Part shown: positions 47,913 to 57,847 of the stretch, piece after piece | Layout of the letters: the number at the start of each line of letters is the position of its first letter | Numbering within the stretch: the first letter of the stretch is position 1 | From: a bacterium | GTDB taxonomy: Bacteria > Electryoneota > Electryoneia > Electryoneales > Electryoneaceae | NCBI GenBank assembly: GCA_963675295.2 | Contig: CAXXKJ010000002.1 | Span: 4,000,001-4,064,000, forward strand | Reading direction: 5' to 3' | Length of the DNA stretch: 64,000 bases | Notes under the pieces: model-generated | Database searches by the model: none | What the model was told of the DNA's origin: nothing | What the model saw: only the letters and a program-made list of their open reading frames with translations | Translations under genes and position numbers: made by a program

Positions 47913-50350
47913 CACACGGTAATCAGGGTAGCTCTGTTCTGTTTCGACTTCTTGTTGTGTGCCTCGGCGTGTTGCTGCTTGCATCCGTGCTGCACGCTCA
48001 ATCCAACCGCCGGCCACGGTATTATGATTCGCTGTCGTTTGAGAAGGTCTACGGCGACACCATCCCCGCTCCACCGGCGGATCTGACCGTTGCTCTCGAA
48101 GACAAATCCCTCTCCGAGCTGCGTTTGCTGCGAAACGGCGTTTTCGCCCGGCACGGCTACCTGTTCACCAACAGCCAGCTTCGGGGTTATTTCAACCAGT
48201 TCGACTGGTACCAACCGGTGTATTGGGAGGAAGACTATCAGATCGTGCTCAGCGACGCGGAACAGCGGTTCATTGACCGGGTGCTGCGTGAAGAGAAGGA
48301 ACGGCTGGCCGATCAATACCAGAACGTACATGGACTCCAGCTCGCCAACCCGGCGAACATGGTGAATGATTACCAGTTCAAGCATTTGTCGCCGGCGTTG
48401 CTGGACACCTTAGCCAGGCAGAGTTTCGCGATCTACCCCGAGCCGAACCGTCAGATGCACCACATCTACGAGGAAAACAAGTACGCCGGCATCCCAAGTT
48501 TCGTGACCACCGACTCGTACCTGCACCTGCTGCACATCCACTACAAGGACGTGCTCCGCAACCTGGAGGCAGACGAGTTTATCGGGCTGATGCAAACGTT
48601 GACCGGGGATTTATTCCAATCCTGCCTTGAGCGGTATACCGAGCCAACCGCAACGCCGGCGCTGAACCAAGCGCGTGCATTCAACCTGCTCTATACCGCC
48701 GTTGCCTCGGCCCTGTGCGGCAATGAGACCAGCATCCCGGCCAATCTGCAGGCCCGGTTCAGCGCGGAATACGGCAAGGCGAACGCGGCAAGTGGGGAGG
48801 GAGCGGTGCTGTTGGGTGATCCCAACTACCAGTTCGAGGAACTCACTCCGCGTGGCCACTATGTCGTGGAGTTGCCGCCGAAACCTTATCCAAACGCGGG
48901 AAGCTATCGCACGAACCTGTACAGCCAGCAGGTCCGTCTGAAAGAGAACCTCGCCGCATACTTCAAGACGGTGAAGTGGTTGAACACGGCACCGATTTTC
49001 ATCGACGATCAGGTCCGGCTGCTGGCGGCAGTTGATCTCGCGTTGACCTTGAAGTCGGACGCGGATCTGTTCGACGCGTACCAGAAGTATGTTTCCACGG
49101 TCAACTTTTTCGCGGGCGAAGCGGATAACCTGACGATTCTCGATCTGATCGAGCTGCTGGATGAAATGGGTATCACCGATGCCGGTTCGGCGGACCTCCT
49201 GGCGATCCGGGCGACGCTTGCCGAACGTGATCCTGCGCGCATCGTCGCCAAGTCGTCCATTGACGCTCAGCAGAGCCATTTCAACCGTCCGCGATTGCTG
49301 TTCCTGCCGTCGTATTACAGTTTTGACGCGCACGTACTGCAGAACATGATCAACCCGAATATGGGTCGCAGCGGAGATCGTCCATTTCCGAAGGGGCTGG
49401 ACATTTTCGCCGCGTTCGGGGACAGCACCGCGACTCAGATCCTGCTGAATGAATACAAGGAAGCAGAGAATTGGTCCGGGTATCCGGAGGCGCTCGCCAG
49501 CATGCGGCAGAAGGTGAGCGAGGAGTTTGACAGCACCGGCTCGATGTACGGACTGCGGCTGGATCTGTGCCGGGATTTGACGGTGATCGCGGATGCCTGC
49601 CCGGATTTCATGCGCACGAACGCGTGGGGACGCAAGAGCCTGAACACGGCGTTGTCCGGCTGGACCGAGTTGAAGCATGAGATGGTGCTGTACATGAAGC
49701 AGCCGTTCGGTGCTGAATCCGGTGAGGGTGGCGGTCCGCCGCCGCCGGTGATTCCGGGGTATGTCGAACCGCACCTCGCGTTCTGGCAGGGCGCGGCGAA
49801 CTTGATCTCGTACCAGACGGAACTGTTCGATCAGAACGGCGTCAATCGATCGAGATCGGCATTCACCAGCAACAAGTTGCTGGAGATGGCCCAACGGCTG
49901 GAGGAGCTCAGTGCCGCCGAACTGGCTGGCAAGGGGTTGTCGGACGATGATTTCCGGTACATCACCTACATCGGCAGCGGGATGGAACAGATCCTCAGCC
50001 ATGGCATCGGCGGCGCCTCCGCCGCGAATCTGGAACCCTTGCCGCTTGCGATTGATGTGTACGCCCACCAGCAACTCGGGCAGCTGATCGAGGGAATCGG
50101 CGACGCGAACCCGATCTTCGTGCTGGTCGAAATCAACGGGCTGCTGTACCTGACTCGCGGGGCCGTTTTCAGCTACTACGAGTTCACCAGCCCGACTGTG
50201 CTCACCGATCAGCAGTGGCGTTCACAGCTCAGCGCTGGCAGCGTTCCTGAACGGCCGGTCTGGATGCAGCCGTTGCTGCTCGATGGCACCCCCCCGGACT
50301 CCAAACCCGGCTACGGACTCGAAGCGTACCGGTATTCCGGGTATCGATGA
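47909..50350 (+). CDS. DUF3160-family protein with N-terminal YARHG domain
   Basis: ELRLLRNGVFARHGYLF (YARHG). DUF3160 motifs IYEENKY..PSFVTTD, PRGHY, RPFPKGLD, LNTALSGWTELKH..LY.KQ, GYVEP, RGAVFSYYEF. Confidence 0.88.
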   Translation: MTHGNQGSSVLFRLLVVCLGVLLLASVLHAQSNRRPRYYDSLSFEKVYGDTIPAPPADLTVALEDKSLSELRLLRNGVFARHGYLFTNSQLRGYFNQFDWYQPVYWEEDYQIVLSDAEQRFIDRVLREEKERLADQYQNVHGLQLANPANMVNDYQFKHLSPALLDTLARQSFAIYPEPNRQMHHIYEENKYAGIPSFVTTDSYLHLLHIHYKDVLRNLEADEFIGLMQTLTGDLFQSCLERYTEPTATPALNQARAFNLLYTAVASALCGNETSIPANLQARFSAEYGKANAASGEGAVLLGDPNYQFEELTPRGHYVVELPPKPYPNAGSYRTNLYSQQVRLKENLAAYFKTVKWLNTAPIFIDDQVRLLAAVDLALTLKSDADLFDAYQKYVSTVNFFAGEADNLTILDLIELLDEMGITDAGSADLLAIRATLAERDPARIVAKSSIDAQQSHFNRPRLLFLPSYYSFDAHVLQNMINPNMGRSGDRPFPKGLDIFAAFGDSTATQILLNEYKEAENWSGYPEALASMRQKVSEEFDSTGSMYGLRLDLCRDLTVIADACPDFMRTNAWGRKSLNTALSGWTELKHEMVLYMKQPFGAESGEGGGPPPPVIPGYVEPHLAFWQGAANLISYQTELFDQNGVNRSRSAFTSNKLLEMAQRLEELSAAELAGKGLSDDDFRYITYIGSGMEQILSHGIGGASAANLEPLPLAIDVYAHQQLGQLIEGIGDANPIFVLVEINGLLYLTRGAVFSYYEFTSPTVLTDQQWRSQLSAGSVPERPVWMQPLLLDGTPPDSKPGYGLEAYRYSGYR

Positions 50351-51279
50351 GCGGACAACGACACAAGCCGATCCTCGCGGTACTCGTGGGGATGATCCTG
50401 ACGCTGAGTGCGACGCAAGCGCTGGCGGCGGACACGCTAACCGTCGTGCTCGGCGGTGATCTGATGCTCGACCGCGGCGTGCGGCCGTTGCTGGAGAAGG
50501 TTGGCGTGGCGGCATTGCTGGCAGATGTGTCGCCGGTGTGGCAGGATGCGGACGCTGTGCTGGTCAACCTCGAGGGACCGGTGCTGGATTCGGCGAACGC
50601 GGACCCGGTGAACAAGGAGATCACCTTCCGGTTTGATCCCATGTGGTTGTCCGGACTACGACAAGCCGGCATCACTCATCTCGGTCTGACGAACAATCAC
50701 ACGCTCGATCATGGGTCGCATGGATTCGACCTGACCACGCATCATATCCAGGAAGCAGGGCTGGTTCCGGTGGGAAATCCCGTGTCATCGGAACGGGCGT
50801 TGACCACCGTTGACGAACCAACGCTGCTGACGTCTGGCGTTGTGACGGTCGCCGTGTTCGCCACCGACCTCGTCGATCATCCGGAAGGCGCGGAGGATTT
50901 GCTCACGCGGGTTCGTGACTTTAGCGAACGCCGGCCAGCGACGCCGATGATCGCGTTCCTCCACTGGGGCATCGAATACCATTCCGAACCGGACAGCGCG
51001 CAGATCAACCTCGCGCATCGGTTGATTGATGCTGGCGTGGACGCGGTCCTCGGCCATCACCCGCATGTGGTGCAGACGGTCGACACTTACCGTGACCGGC
51101 CGATTGTCTACACTCTCGGCAACCTGTTGTTTGACCAGGACCTCCCGTGGACAGCGGAGGGCTGGCTCGCTGAGCTGCGGTTCACCTCCGGGTCGGAAAG
51201 GCCGGAAATGCGAGTGCATACGTTCGACCGTGTTGCCGTGGCACCGGTAACACGAAACCTTTCTTCTCCCGCAGACTGA
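50347..51279 (+). CDS. CapA (poly-gamma-glutamate synthesis) family metallophosphoesterase-fold protein
   Basis: GDLMLDRGV, VNLEGP, NNHTLDHG, LHWGIEY, GHHPHVVQ, YTLGNLLFDQ. Confidence 0.9.
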   Translation: MSGQRHKPILAVLVGMILTLSATQALAADTLTVVLGGDLMLDRGVRPLLEKVGVAALLADVSPVWQDADAVLVNLEGPVLDSANADPVNKEITFRFDPMWLSGLRQAGITHLGLTNNHTLDHGSHGFDLTTHHIQEAGLVPVGNPVSSERALTTVDEPTLLTSGVVTVAVFATDLVDHPEGAEDLLTRVRDFSERRPATPMIAFLHWGIEYHSEPDSAQINLAHRLIDAGVDAVLGHHPHVVQTVDTYRDRPIVYTLGNLLFDQDLPWTAEGWLAELRFTSGSERPEMRVHTFDRVAVAPVTRNLSSPAD

Positions 51280-51361
51280 ATTTCTAACTGACTGAATCGC
51301 GTAACAAAACAAACCCGGCAACGACTGTCGCCGGGCCGTAAACGCCATCGGTGCTTCACTG

Positions 51362-52333
51362 TTATTCCTGAATTTCCCACGTCCGATCCGAATTCGCCTC
51401 GACCGAACCCTTTTTGATGCAGTTCGCGAGATGCTCGAACACATTGCCCGGCTTGATCGCGTTCTTGTTGTTCTGGTTGATGAAATAGGTGTGCCCTTTC
51501 GGCGGATCGTAGTCCTGGTTGATGAAGCCGGCGTCAATCGAGTACACGTTCTTCGGCACCTTGTCGAGGTCACGCGGGCCCTTGTGTCCCATGCGCAACG
51601 AGCTGATGCGATTGCCTTTGTTGACGGTCTTGCTCGCACGCAGCGCGAGGTCGTCGGCGGCGTGATACACCACCAGGTTGCGGCAGATGTCCGGGATGTA
51701 TTCGCCCGGCTTGCCTTCCTCGAGAGTGTCGTGACGGATGTCCGCAGCCATCAGGAAGATGTTGCGGAACAACAGCGGCGGGTGGCCGAACTGGTCATGG
51801 TCAACCCAATCCCGGATCGCGCCACGGAACACGCGGTTGCCCATCGAATGGCACAGCACGTTGATCCGTTTCAGGCACATGATATCCTTCGCGGCCAGGT
51901 TGTTGCGCCAGTCGTCGAATTTGCCGAGTGCGCGGGCGAACGCGAACGCGCTGGCGTCCGCCGCGCGCTGATCGTCGAAATAGTCCTTGAGGATGCCCTT
52001 GTCATCGTCGCACGGCCAGATGATCGGAATTACCTCGACGAGGTTCTTCTGGTAGTCGTTGAAGAATTTCTGCAGGTAGGTGACCAGCGGAAAAATGTTC
52101 GGTTCGGGCAGGTTGCTGAAGCCATGCACGAAAAACAGCACCTGTTCGGCCTTGGAATTCCGCAGCTGTTCCATGAAGCCGTCCGACTTGATTTCCCGGT
52201 ACTCGCCCGGTGCGGTGCGCTCGCAGTAATAGAGATGCTGGCAGGCGCTGTTGTCGCTGATGCTGAAGTCGACCTTGCGGTTGAGTCGTGAGCGCACGGA
52301 TTGCCGCAGCGCCCGGTTGGTGATAAACAACAT
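51362..52333 (-). CDS. Alpha/beta hydrolase (DUF900-like)
   Basis: LFITNR, LFFVHGF, CHSMGNRV nucleophile elbow, LMAADI, GHTYF. Confidence 0.85.
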   Translation of the reverse strand: MLFITNRALRQSVRSRLNRKVDFSISDNSACQHLYYCERTAPGEYREIKSDGFMEQLRNSKAEQVLFFVHGFSNLPEPNIFPLVTYLQKFFNDYQKNLVEVIPIIWPCDDDKGILKDYFDDQRAADASAFAFARALGKFDDWRNNLAAKDIMCLKRINVLCHSMGNRVFRGAIRDWVDHDQFGHPPLLFRNIFLMAADIRHDTLEEGKPGEYIPDICRNLVVYHAADDLALRASKTVNKGNRISSLRMGHKGPRDLDKVPKNVYSIDAGFINQDYDPPKGHTYFINQNNKNAIKPGNVFEHLANCIKKGSVEANSDRTWEIQE

Positions 52334-52521
52334 GTGAGTTCTCCTTGTGAAGGTGGTGAGTGAAAGTTAGACGCGCCGAATAAAAAGAATCCCAAGCGCG
52401 GAAAAGTCGTACTGATCGGAGAGTCCGGGCGGAATTCAGCCCACAGACGGGTGTTGTCTGCATTACCTTTGCGGGACGACAAGAAAAACAAGCGATGGTT
52501 TACGTACTGCATGGAGTGAGT

Positions 52522-53325
52522 ATGGTCCTCGAACATCTCGAGCTGGGTGATTTTAAAGCGGAATACGCCCTTCTGACGGGCAACCCGAAGCGGGTGGAAC
52601 AGTTGGCGAAGCAGTTTCATGAACCGGTGCTGGTGACCGACCGTCGCGGGCTGGACACGTGGCACGCGAAATTCTCGGCTGACGATCCGCGTGAGCTGTT
52701 CATCGTCGGGACCGGGATCGGCAGTCCGTCGCTGGCGATTGTATTCGAAGAGCTGGCGGTGTCGGGCGTGCATTCGTTCATCCGGGTGGGAACCTGCGGT
52801 CCGTTGCAGGATCATGTTGATGTCGGCGATATCGCGGTGCCGACGGGTGTTGTGCGGGATGAGGGGACGACGCTGGCGTTCATCCGTGAGGGCTACCCGG
52901 CGGTGGCGAATCACGAACTGCTGTACGCGTTGATGCAGGTCAAGGAAAACGTTGACCACCCGATCCACATCGGTGTCACGCACGCCAAGGACAGCTTTTA
53001 CACCCAGAAGCCGGAATTCAACCTCGACCAGGATGCGGTGCGCAAGCACTGGAAGAACATGCGCAACGCCGGCGTGCTGGTGACCGAGATGGAAAGCTCG
53101 GCGCTGTACGTGCTGGCGTCCCTGCGGCGCTGCCGTGCGATGTCGGTGCTGGTGGTTGCGAGCATGGACCGGAAGAATCCGAAGACGGCTCACGGGCTGG
53201 ATGTCGCGGCGGGTGTCGCGCGGGATGTGTTCAAGCTCGCCGCGCCGTACAAGGTACCCTCGGACTACCATGTTCCGCGAGTGGATGAGTCGCTGCTTGA
53301 CGACCTCAAGGAGGGGAAGTTTTAG
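52522..53325 (+). CDS. Nucleoside phosphorylase (uridine phosphorylase-like)
   Basis: LLTGNPKRV, GTGIGSPS, IRVGTCG, VRDEGTT, DSFY, EMESS. Confidence 0.88.
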   Translation: MVLEHLELGDFKAEYALLTGNPKRVEQLAKQFHEPVLVTDRRGLDTWHAKFSADDPRELFIVGTGIGSPSLAIVFEELAVSGVHSFIRVGTCGPLQDHVDVGDIAVPTGVVRDEGTTLAFIREGYPAVANHELLYALMQVKENVDHPIHIGVTHAKDSFYTQKPEFNLDQDAVRKHWKNMRNAGVLVTEMESSALYVLASLRRCRAMSVLVVASMDRKNPKTAHGLDVAAGVARDVFKLAAPYKVPSDYHVPRVDESLLDDLKEGKF

Positions 53326-53327
53326 GG

Positions 53328-53376
53328 CGGTGATCGGTGGTCGGTTGCCAGTAGTCGAAAGTCGAAAGTCGAAAGT
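53328..53376. repeat. Degenerate heptamer tandem run
   Basis: cggtgat-cggtggt-cggttgc-cagtagt-cgaaagt-cgaaagt-cgaaagt. Confidence 0.7.
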
Positions 53377-53392
53377 ATTGAAGATAAAATAA

Positions 53393-53426
53393 AACGGGGA
53401 CACTTACTCCGTTAAGTGTCCCCGTT
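53393..53426. repeat. REP family A hairpin
   Basis: ggggacacttactccgttaagtgtcccc is the exact reverse complement of the RAYT-upstream core and identical to 11286-11313. Confidence 0.9.
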
Positions 53427-53515
53427 GTTCTCATCTACTCTGTACACCTTCCTTCTTTGTACTTCTTTTTACTTCGTACTTCTTTTTGACTCAATACTTC
53501 TTTCTTACTTTCGAC

Positions 53516-54850
53516 TCACTTCATCAACGTCACCTTCTGGATCTCGTTCAACTGACCCGGCACCTGCGCCTGGATGAAGTACAGGCCGCTGGCGAGGTTG
53601 CTGGCATCGAAGCGGAAGTTATGCTGGCCGGCAAAGAATTTGCCGTTCGCCAGGGTACCCACCAGCTGGCCTTCCACGTTGTACACCTGCACTGTCAGGT
53701 CGCTGGTTTGCGGCAAGGACACGGCAACGCTCGTCGAGGGGTTAAACGGGTTCGGGTATGCGGTGGACATCTCGTAGTGATCCGGCATCACGAGCGGTGC
53801 AGTGCCATCGTCGTCTGTAATTACCCAGTCACTGCCGTCCCAGTTGTCGACACCCTCAGCGGCGGTTCCTTCCTTGTAGAAGGTGACGACGTCCGAGTCG
53901 GCGACGAAGTTCGGGAACAGACCGATGCTGCCACGGAAGGTGTAGGTACCCGCCGGAGCGTGCGCCGGCAGATTCTGCATCAGGCCGGTGAAGCTAGTCT
54001 CACCGGTGGGAATGACGCCGCTGAGCCGCACCAATGGACCAAAGATCTGACCGTTCGGGAAGGTAATCGAAGTCCACGCGTCCGCCATTCTCGGCTGCGG
54101 CAGTTCGCTGGTGATGACGGCGTCATAGACGAGCGCTCCGCCTTGTGGCGGAATGACAGTCGTCGTACCGATCAGGTTCAGGTTCACCGGTCCCTGTTCG
54201 ACATCGAATTGGAAGTTGTCGAAAACGTAGGAATCGTAGATCGCGCCAGTTGCGGCGGTCAACCCGAGGTACAGCGGTTGGTCGGGGTCAAATCCGGTGA
54301 AGTCAAAATTGATCGGCTCATCCAGATCCACGCGAACCTGGAAGTTCCCATCGAGGATGATGATTTCGATGGTGTACCAGGTGTTCGGTTGGAAATCGAA
54401 GGCCGCATAGGACACATGGTTTTCAACCGTCGAGTCGATGATACTGATATGGGGCGACTGGATTGGATCGAACCCGTTAGCATAGGTGTCAAACTCGACG
54501 CCATACACACCCGGACCTTCCCATCCCAGCCGTCCACCCGTCAATCCCAGGTCGATTGAATTGGCAAGGCTGAATGTGGCGCCATCTGCCCCGACCGAGG
54601 CGCTCAGGATCTGGAAGGTGAAGCTGACATGGACCTCATCGACCGGGTTGAACTCTTCGTTCCAGTACAAGGCTCCCCCCTGGGACGCCATGTCTTCGGT
54701 CAGGATCAGCATGCCATTATCGACATACGCCGTACCCAGCAAAGTCCAGTCGCTGGGATCGAGATCATCCTCGAAGTCCTCAAACACGGCGAGGGCTGGC
54801 ATACACCCCACGATTAAGACGGTGAGTATCACCAAAGTAAAACGGGTCAT
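53516..54850 (-). CDS. Secreted protein: L-type lectin-like domain + Ig-like domain + PNPFNP C-terminal domain
   Basis: Signal peptide. Legume-lectin motifs LILTED..QGGALYW, GADGATF, GVEFDTYAN, LYLGLTAATG. AYPNPFNP...QKVTLMK. Confidence 0.85.
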   Translation of the reverse strand: MTRFTLVILTVLIVGCMPALAVFEDFEDDLDPSDWTLLGTAYVDNGMLILTEDMASQGGALYWNEEFNPVDEVHVSFTFQILSASVGADGATFSLANSIDLGLTGGRLGWEGPGVYGVEFDTYANGFDPIQSPHISIIDSTVENHVSYAAFDFQPNTWYTIEIIILDGNFQVRVDLDEPINFDFTGFDPDQPLYLGLTAATGAIYDSYVFDNFQFDVEQGPVNLNLIGTTTVIPPQGGALVYDAVITSELPQPRMADAWTSITFPNGQIFGPLVRLSGVIPTGETSFTGLMQNLPAHAPAGTYTFRGSIGLFPNFVADSDVVTFYKEGTAAEGVDNWDGSDWVITDDDGTAPLVMPDHYEMSTAYPNPFNPSTSVAVSLPQTSDLTVQVYNVEGQLVGTLANGKFFAGQHNFRFDASNLASGLYFIQAQVPGQLNEIQKVTLMK

Positions 54851-55012
54851 GATCCATCCTCCCCTAGTACCAGTATCAAATGACATCGTCGCCGTATGCC
54901 ATCACATCGCAACTTCTCCCAATCCATTGTAGCCGAGTGAAGCTGAGATTCCAACGTCTGATCGCGTTTGCAGACATATTCCTGTCTCGGAGTGATCGTC
55001 CAGACAACAAGC

Positions 55013-55043
55013 AGCCCCACCGCGGTCACAACGGTGGGGCTTT
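55013..55043. terminator. Terminator-like hairpin
   Basis: agccccaccg...cggtggggct. Confidence 0.55.
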
Positions 55044-55096
55044 ACTCCAGTCGCGTCATGCGTCTGGGACTTCGATAGCAGCGTGAACTGAATGGA

Positions 55097-57466
55097 TTAC
55101 TTCATCAGCGTCACTTTCTGGATTGCGTTCAACTGACCCGGCACCTGCGCCTGGATGAAGTACAGACCGCTGGCGAGGTTGCTGGCGTCGAAGCTGAAGT
55201 CATGCTGTCCGGCGGAGAACTTGCCGTTTGCCAGTTCGGCGACCTGTTGCCCCATCACGTTGAACACGGTCACGTTAAGGTCGCTTGATTCCGGCAGCGA
55301 GATCGCGATGGACGTGCTCGGGTTAAACGGGTTCGGGTATGCTGTGGTCATCTCGTAGCGATCCGGCAGCGCGATGACCTCGGTAACATCTTCGTCCGCG
55401 ATCAACGGGCTGTGGGTCCAGCCCTCCACCCCATCCGCCGCGACACCGGTTTTCTCAAACTGGAAGTCGTCGGAGATGTAGACGAAGTTCGGGAAGATGC
55501 CGAGGTTTGCGGTAAAGGTGTACGTTCCGGTCGGCGCCAGCGCCGGGATTTCCTGCACCAGGCCGGTGAGGGTTCGTGTCCCAGGCTGTACCACGATCGG
55601 GACCAGCAACGTTCTGAACGGCTGTCCGTTCGGCAAAGTGACGATTGTCCAGGCGTCCCCCTGCTGCGGACCGCCGAGGTTGCTGACGATTTGCGCGTCG
55701 TAAACCACATTGCCACCGTTCGGCGGAACGGTTGTCTGCACCGGGAACAGATCGAACTCAACCGGACGCGGTTCGCCGAGGCCGAAGTTATCCAGCACGC
55801 CGAAGACGATGTCTTCCCGTGTGAACGTACCGTCCGTCAGCATGCCCACCTCGAAGGTGAACAACGCCACGTAGAAGTCTCCGGAGTTGTCGATCACGCC
55901 GCAGCCGGCACCGTCAGCCGGATTGTAGAACACGCGGCGCGCATCACCAGCGGGTTCGATCTCGTCGATATACTGGTTTTCGCCGGCGTACACCATGTCG
56001 GCGCCAGCCATGAAATCTTCACCGAGAACGTTGGCAAGGTCGCCGCTACCGTCACCGATGCCGGTGATCGGGAGAATGGCGTTCAGGTTGTCGTGAGCGG
56101 TGAAGCCGAAGTTGTCGCCGGATTCGTAGTACAGCTTGCCGCCACCGTTGAGGTAGTCGATGATGTAGGTTTCTTCCGCACTACCGGTAGCAATGTCGAA
56201 GTCGTTCGGATAGACACCGGTGAACAGGAAAACGGCTTCGTAGCTGCTCCACTCTTCCTCAAAGAAATCATTTACGTAGAATGGCGTCTCGCCGAGATCC
56301 TGGAGAATCTGGCTGATCGCCGGGCCGGAATCCTGGGTGACGTCAACATCGACGACGAGGATGTCTGCGTCGTTGACGTCGAGCAGGAAGTCGTTCGTGT
56401 TGACGCCTTCCATCACCTCGAGAGTCCCGGAAGCTGTGAAGAAACCAGCCGCTGAAACGGAATACGGGAATGTCCCCGCATACATCTCAGGAATGGAGTA
56501 TTCACCGCTCGCATTTGTCGTGGCAGAAAAACCGCCCACGGACACATTCGCGCCGCCGATGGGGCTGTTGGTCGCGGAGTTGAGCACCACACCGCTGAGC
56601 GATGCGTTCGGATCCAGCTGCGAGAATTCGATCGCGAGACCGTCGAATGGATAGTCAAGCGGGTTATCGAACAGGCTGGCTTCCAGCCAGACTGACAGGT
56701 CATCGTTAATGATGCCGATGGTTTCCGCATCGAGATTCCGTTCATAGCCCGGGTCGAGGTAGTCATACTGCATCACAATAGTGCCGTCCTCGAACAGGAT
56801 CACCTGGAAGTCGCAGGTAACCTGCGTGCCCGAACCGGGATAGGGCATGTAGTCAACGTAGGAGACGACTAACGCCTGCATGTCGTTGAGTGTGATGGTC
56901 TCATAGTACATCTGGCCGCCGTCATACGTGCCGGAGTTGTACGGATCAAAATCATCCCAGAGGAAGCATACTGCCGCCCCTTGCAGGTCGCCGTCATTGC
57001 CTGGCAGTCCGCTGTTGCCGAAGTAGGCATCATCACCCCAGTCCTCGAAACTGAGGACGCCGTTGGAGTGCATGTAGAACTGGGTACGATCGGTGCCGTA
57101 AAAGCTGAACGTGAATCCGATCGGGAACGGACCGATGTAATCATCATCGCTGATCAGGTTGTCTTCCGATACTTCGGTCCCTGTCGCGGTGATATCGATC
57201 CAGTTGTAGGTCGGGCCATCGGCTTCATCACTGTCCTTGAAGATGTAGCCAAACGCGTCCGGACCGCCGTTCAGATCAATCACCGGTTCCTGTTCGACAC
57301 CATAGATGTGCAATTCACGCAGCAGGGTGACTTGATCGGGTGTCAGCGAGTGACCGTTCCGGTAAGCCTCCGTTGCCGAATAGACTGCCTCCTTGTCGTA
57401 TTCCGTTGCGACAGCGATCCCGGCCACGAGCAAGAGGCCGAGACACAGCATCATGAGCTTCTTCAT
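55097..57466 (-). CDS. Secreted multidomain protein (nidogen-like domain, carboxypeptidase-regulatory-like domain, alpha/beta domain, Ig-like, PNPFNP C-terminal domain)
   Basis: Signal peptide MKKLMMLCLGLL, GGPDAFGY..WIDI..IGFTFSFYG..SNGVLSF, TTNASGEYSI, AYPNPFNP. Confidence 0.85.
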   Translation of the reverse strand: MKKLMMLCLGLLLVAGIAVATEYDKEAVYSATEAYRNGHSLTPDQVTLLRELHIYGVEQEPVIDLNGGPDAFGYIFKDSDEADGPTYNWIDITATGTEVSEDNLISDDDYIGPFPIGFTFSFYGTDRTQFYMHSNGVLSFEDWGDDAYFGNSGLPGNDGDLQGAAVCFLWDDFDPYNSGTYDGGQMYYETITLNDMQALVVSYVDYMPYPGSGTQVTCDFQVILFEDGTIVMQYDYLDPGYERNLDAETIGIINDDLSVWLEASLFDNPLDYPFDGLAIEFSQLDPNASLSGVVLNSATNSPIGGANVSVGGFSATTNASGEYSIPEMYAGTFPYSVSAAGFFTASGTLEVMEGVNTNDFLLDVNDADILVVDVDVTQDSGPAISQILQDLGETPFYVNDFFEEEWSSYEAVFLFTGVYPNDFDIATGSAEETYIIDYLNGGGKLYYESGDNFGFTAHDNLNAILPITGIGDGSGDLANVLGEDFMAGADMVYAGENQYIDEIEPAGDARRVFYNPADGAGCGVIDNSGDFYVALFTFEVGMLTDGTFTREDIVFGVLDNFGLGEPRPVEFDLFPVQTTVPPNGGNVVYDAQIVSNLGGPQQGDAWTIVTLPNGQPFRTLLVPIVVQPGTRTLTGLVQEIPALAPTGTYTFTANLGIFPNFVYISDDFQFEKTGVAADGVEGWTHSPLIADEDVTEVIALPDRYEMTTAYPNPFNPSTSIAISLPESSDLNVTVFNVMGQQVAELANGKFSAGQHDFSFDASNLASGLYFIQAQVPGQLNAIQKVTLMK

Positions 57467-57780
57467 CCTTCTCCCCTTATGGTTGGACCACGAATAGCAG
57501 AGCTTTCGATCAAGGCACCGTGCGGAAGAGGGCAATGCGGGCAGGCAGTTCAGGTGAGCGTCTGGAAAGATGGGTTCCGCACAATCAACGAGTCAAAACA
57601 ATGTGTTAATCAATCTGAAAAAGACGAAATTGAGCGACCTCTCGTATTTTGCCAAGCATGGCATGGATTACGCGCCACCCCCATCCGTACCTGGTCAACC
57701 TCCGCGAGACAGAATCCGCCTTGGTGTGTTTGGTCCATTGAAATCTTCGCGAGTTCCGATCATGAGTAAAAAGAGGATGC

Positions 57781-57813
57781 AAAGAAAAAGGCCGCGGCAT
57801 AAACCGCGGCCTT
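57781..57813 (-). terminator. Intrinsic terminator
   Basis: aaggccgcgg-cataaa-ccgcggcctt, preceded by an A-run on +. Confidence 0.7.
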
Positions 57814-57847
57814 GAGAACCGGTAAACCGGTTACGAGTAAGCTTGCC

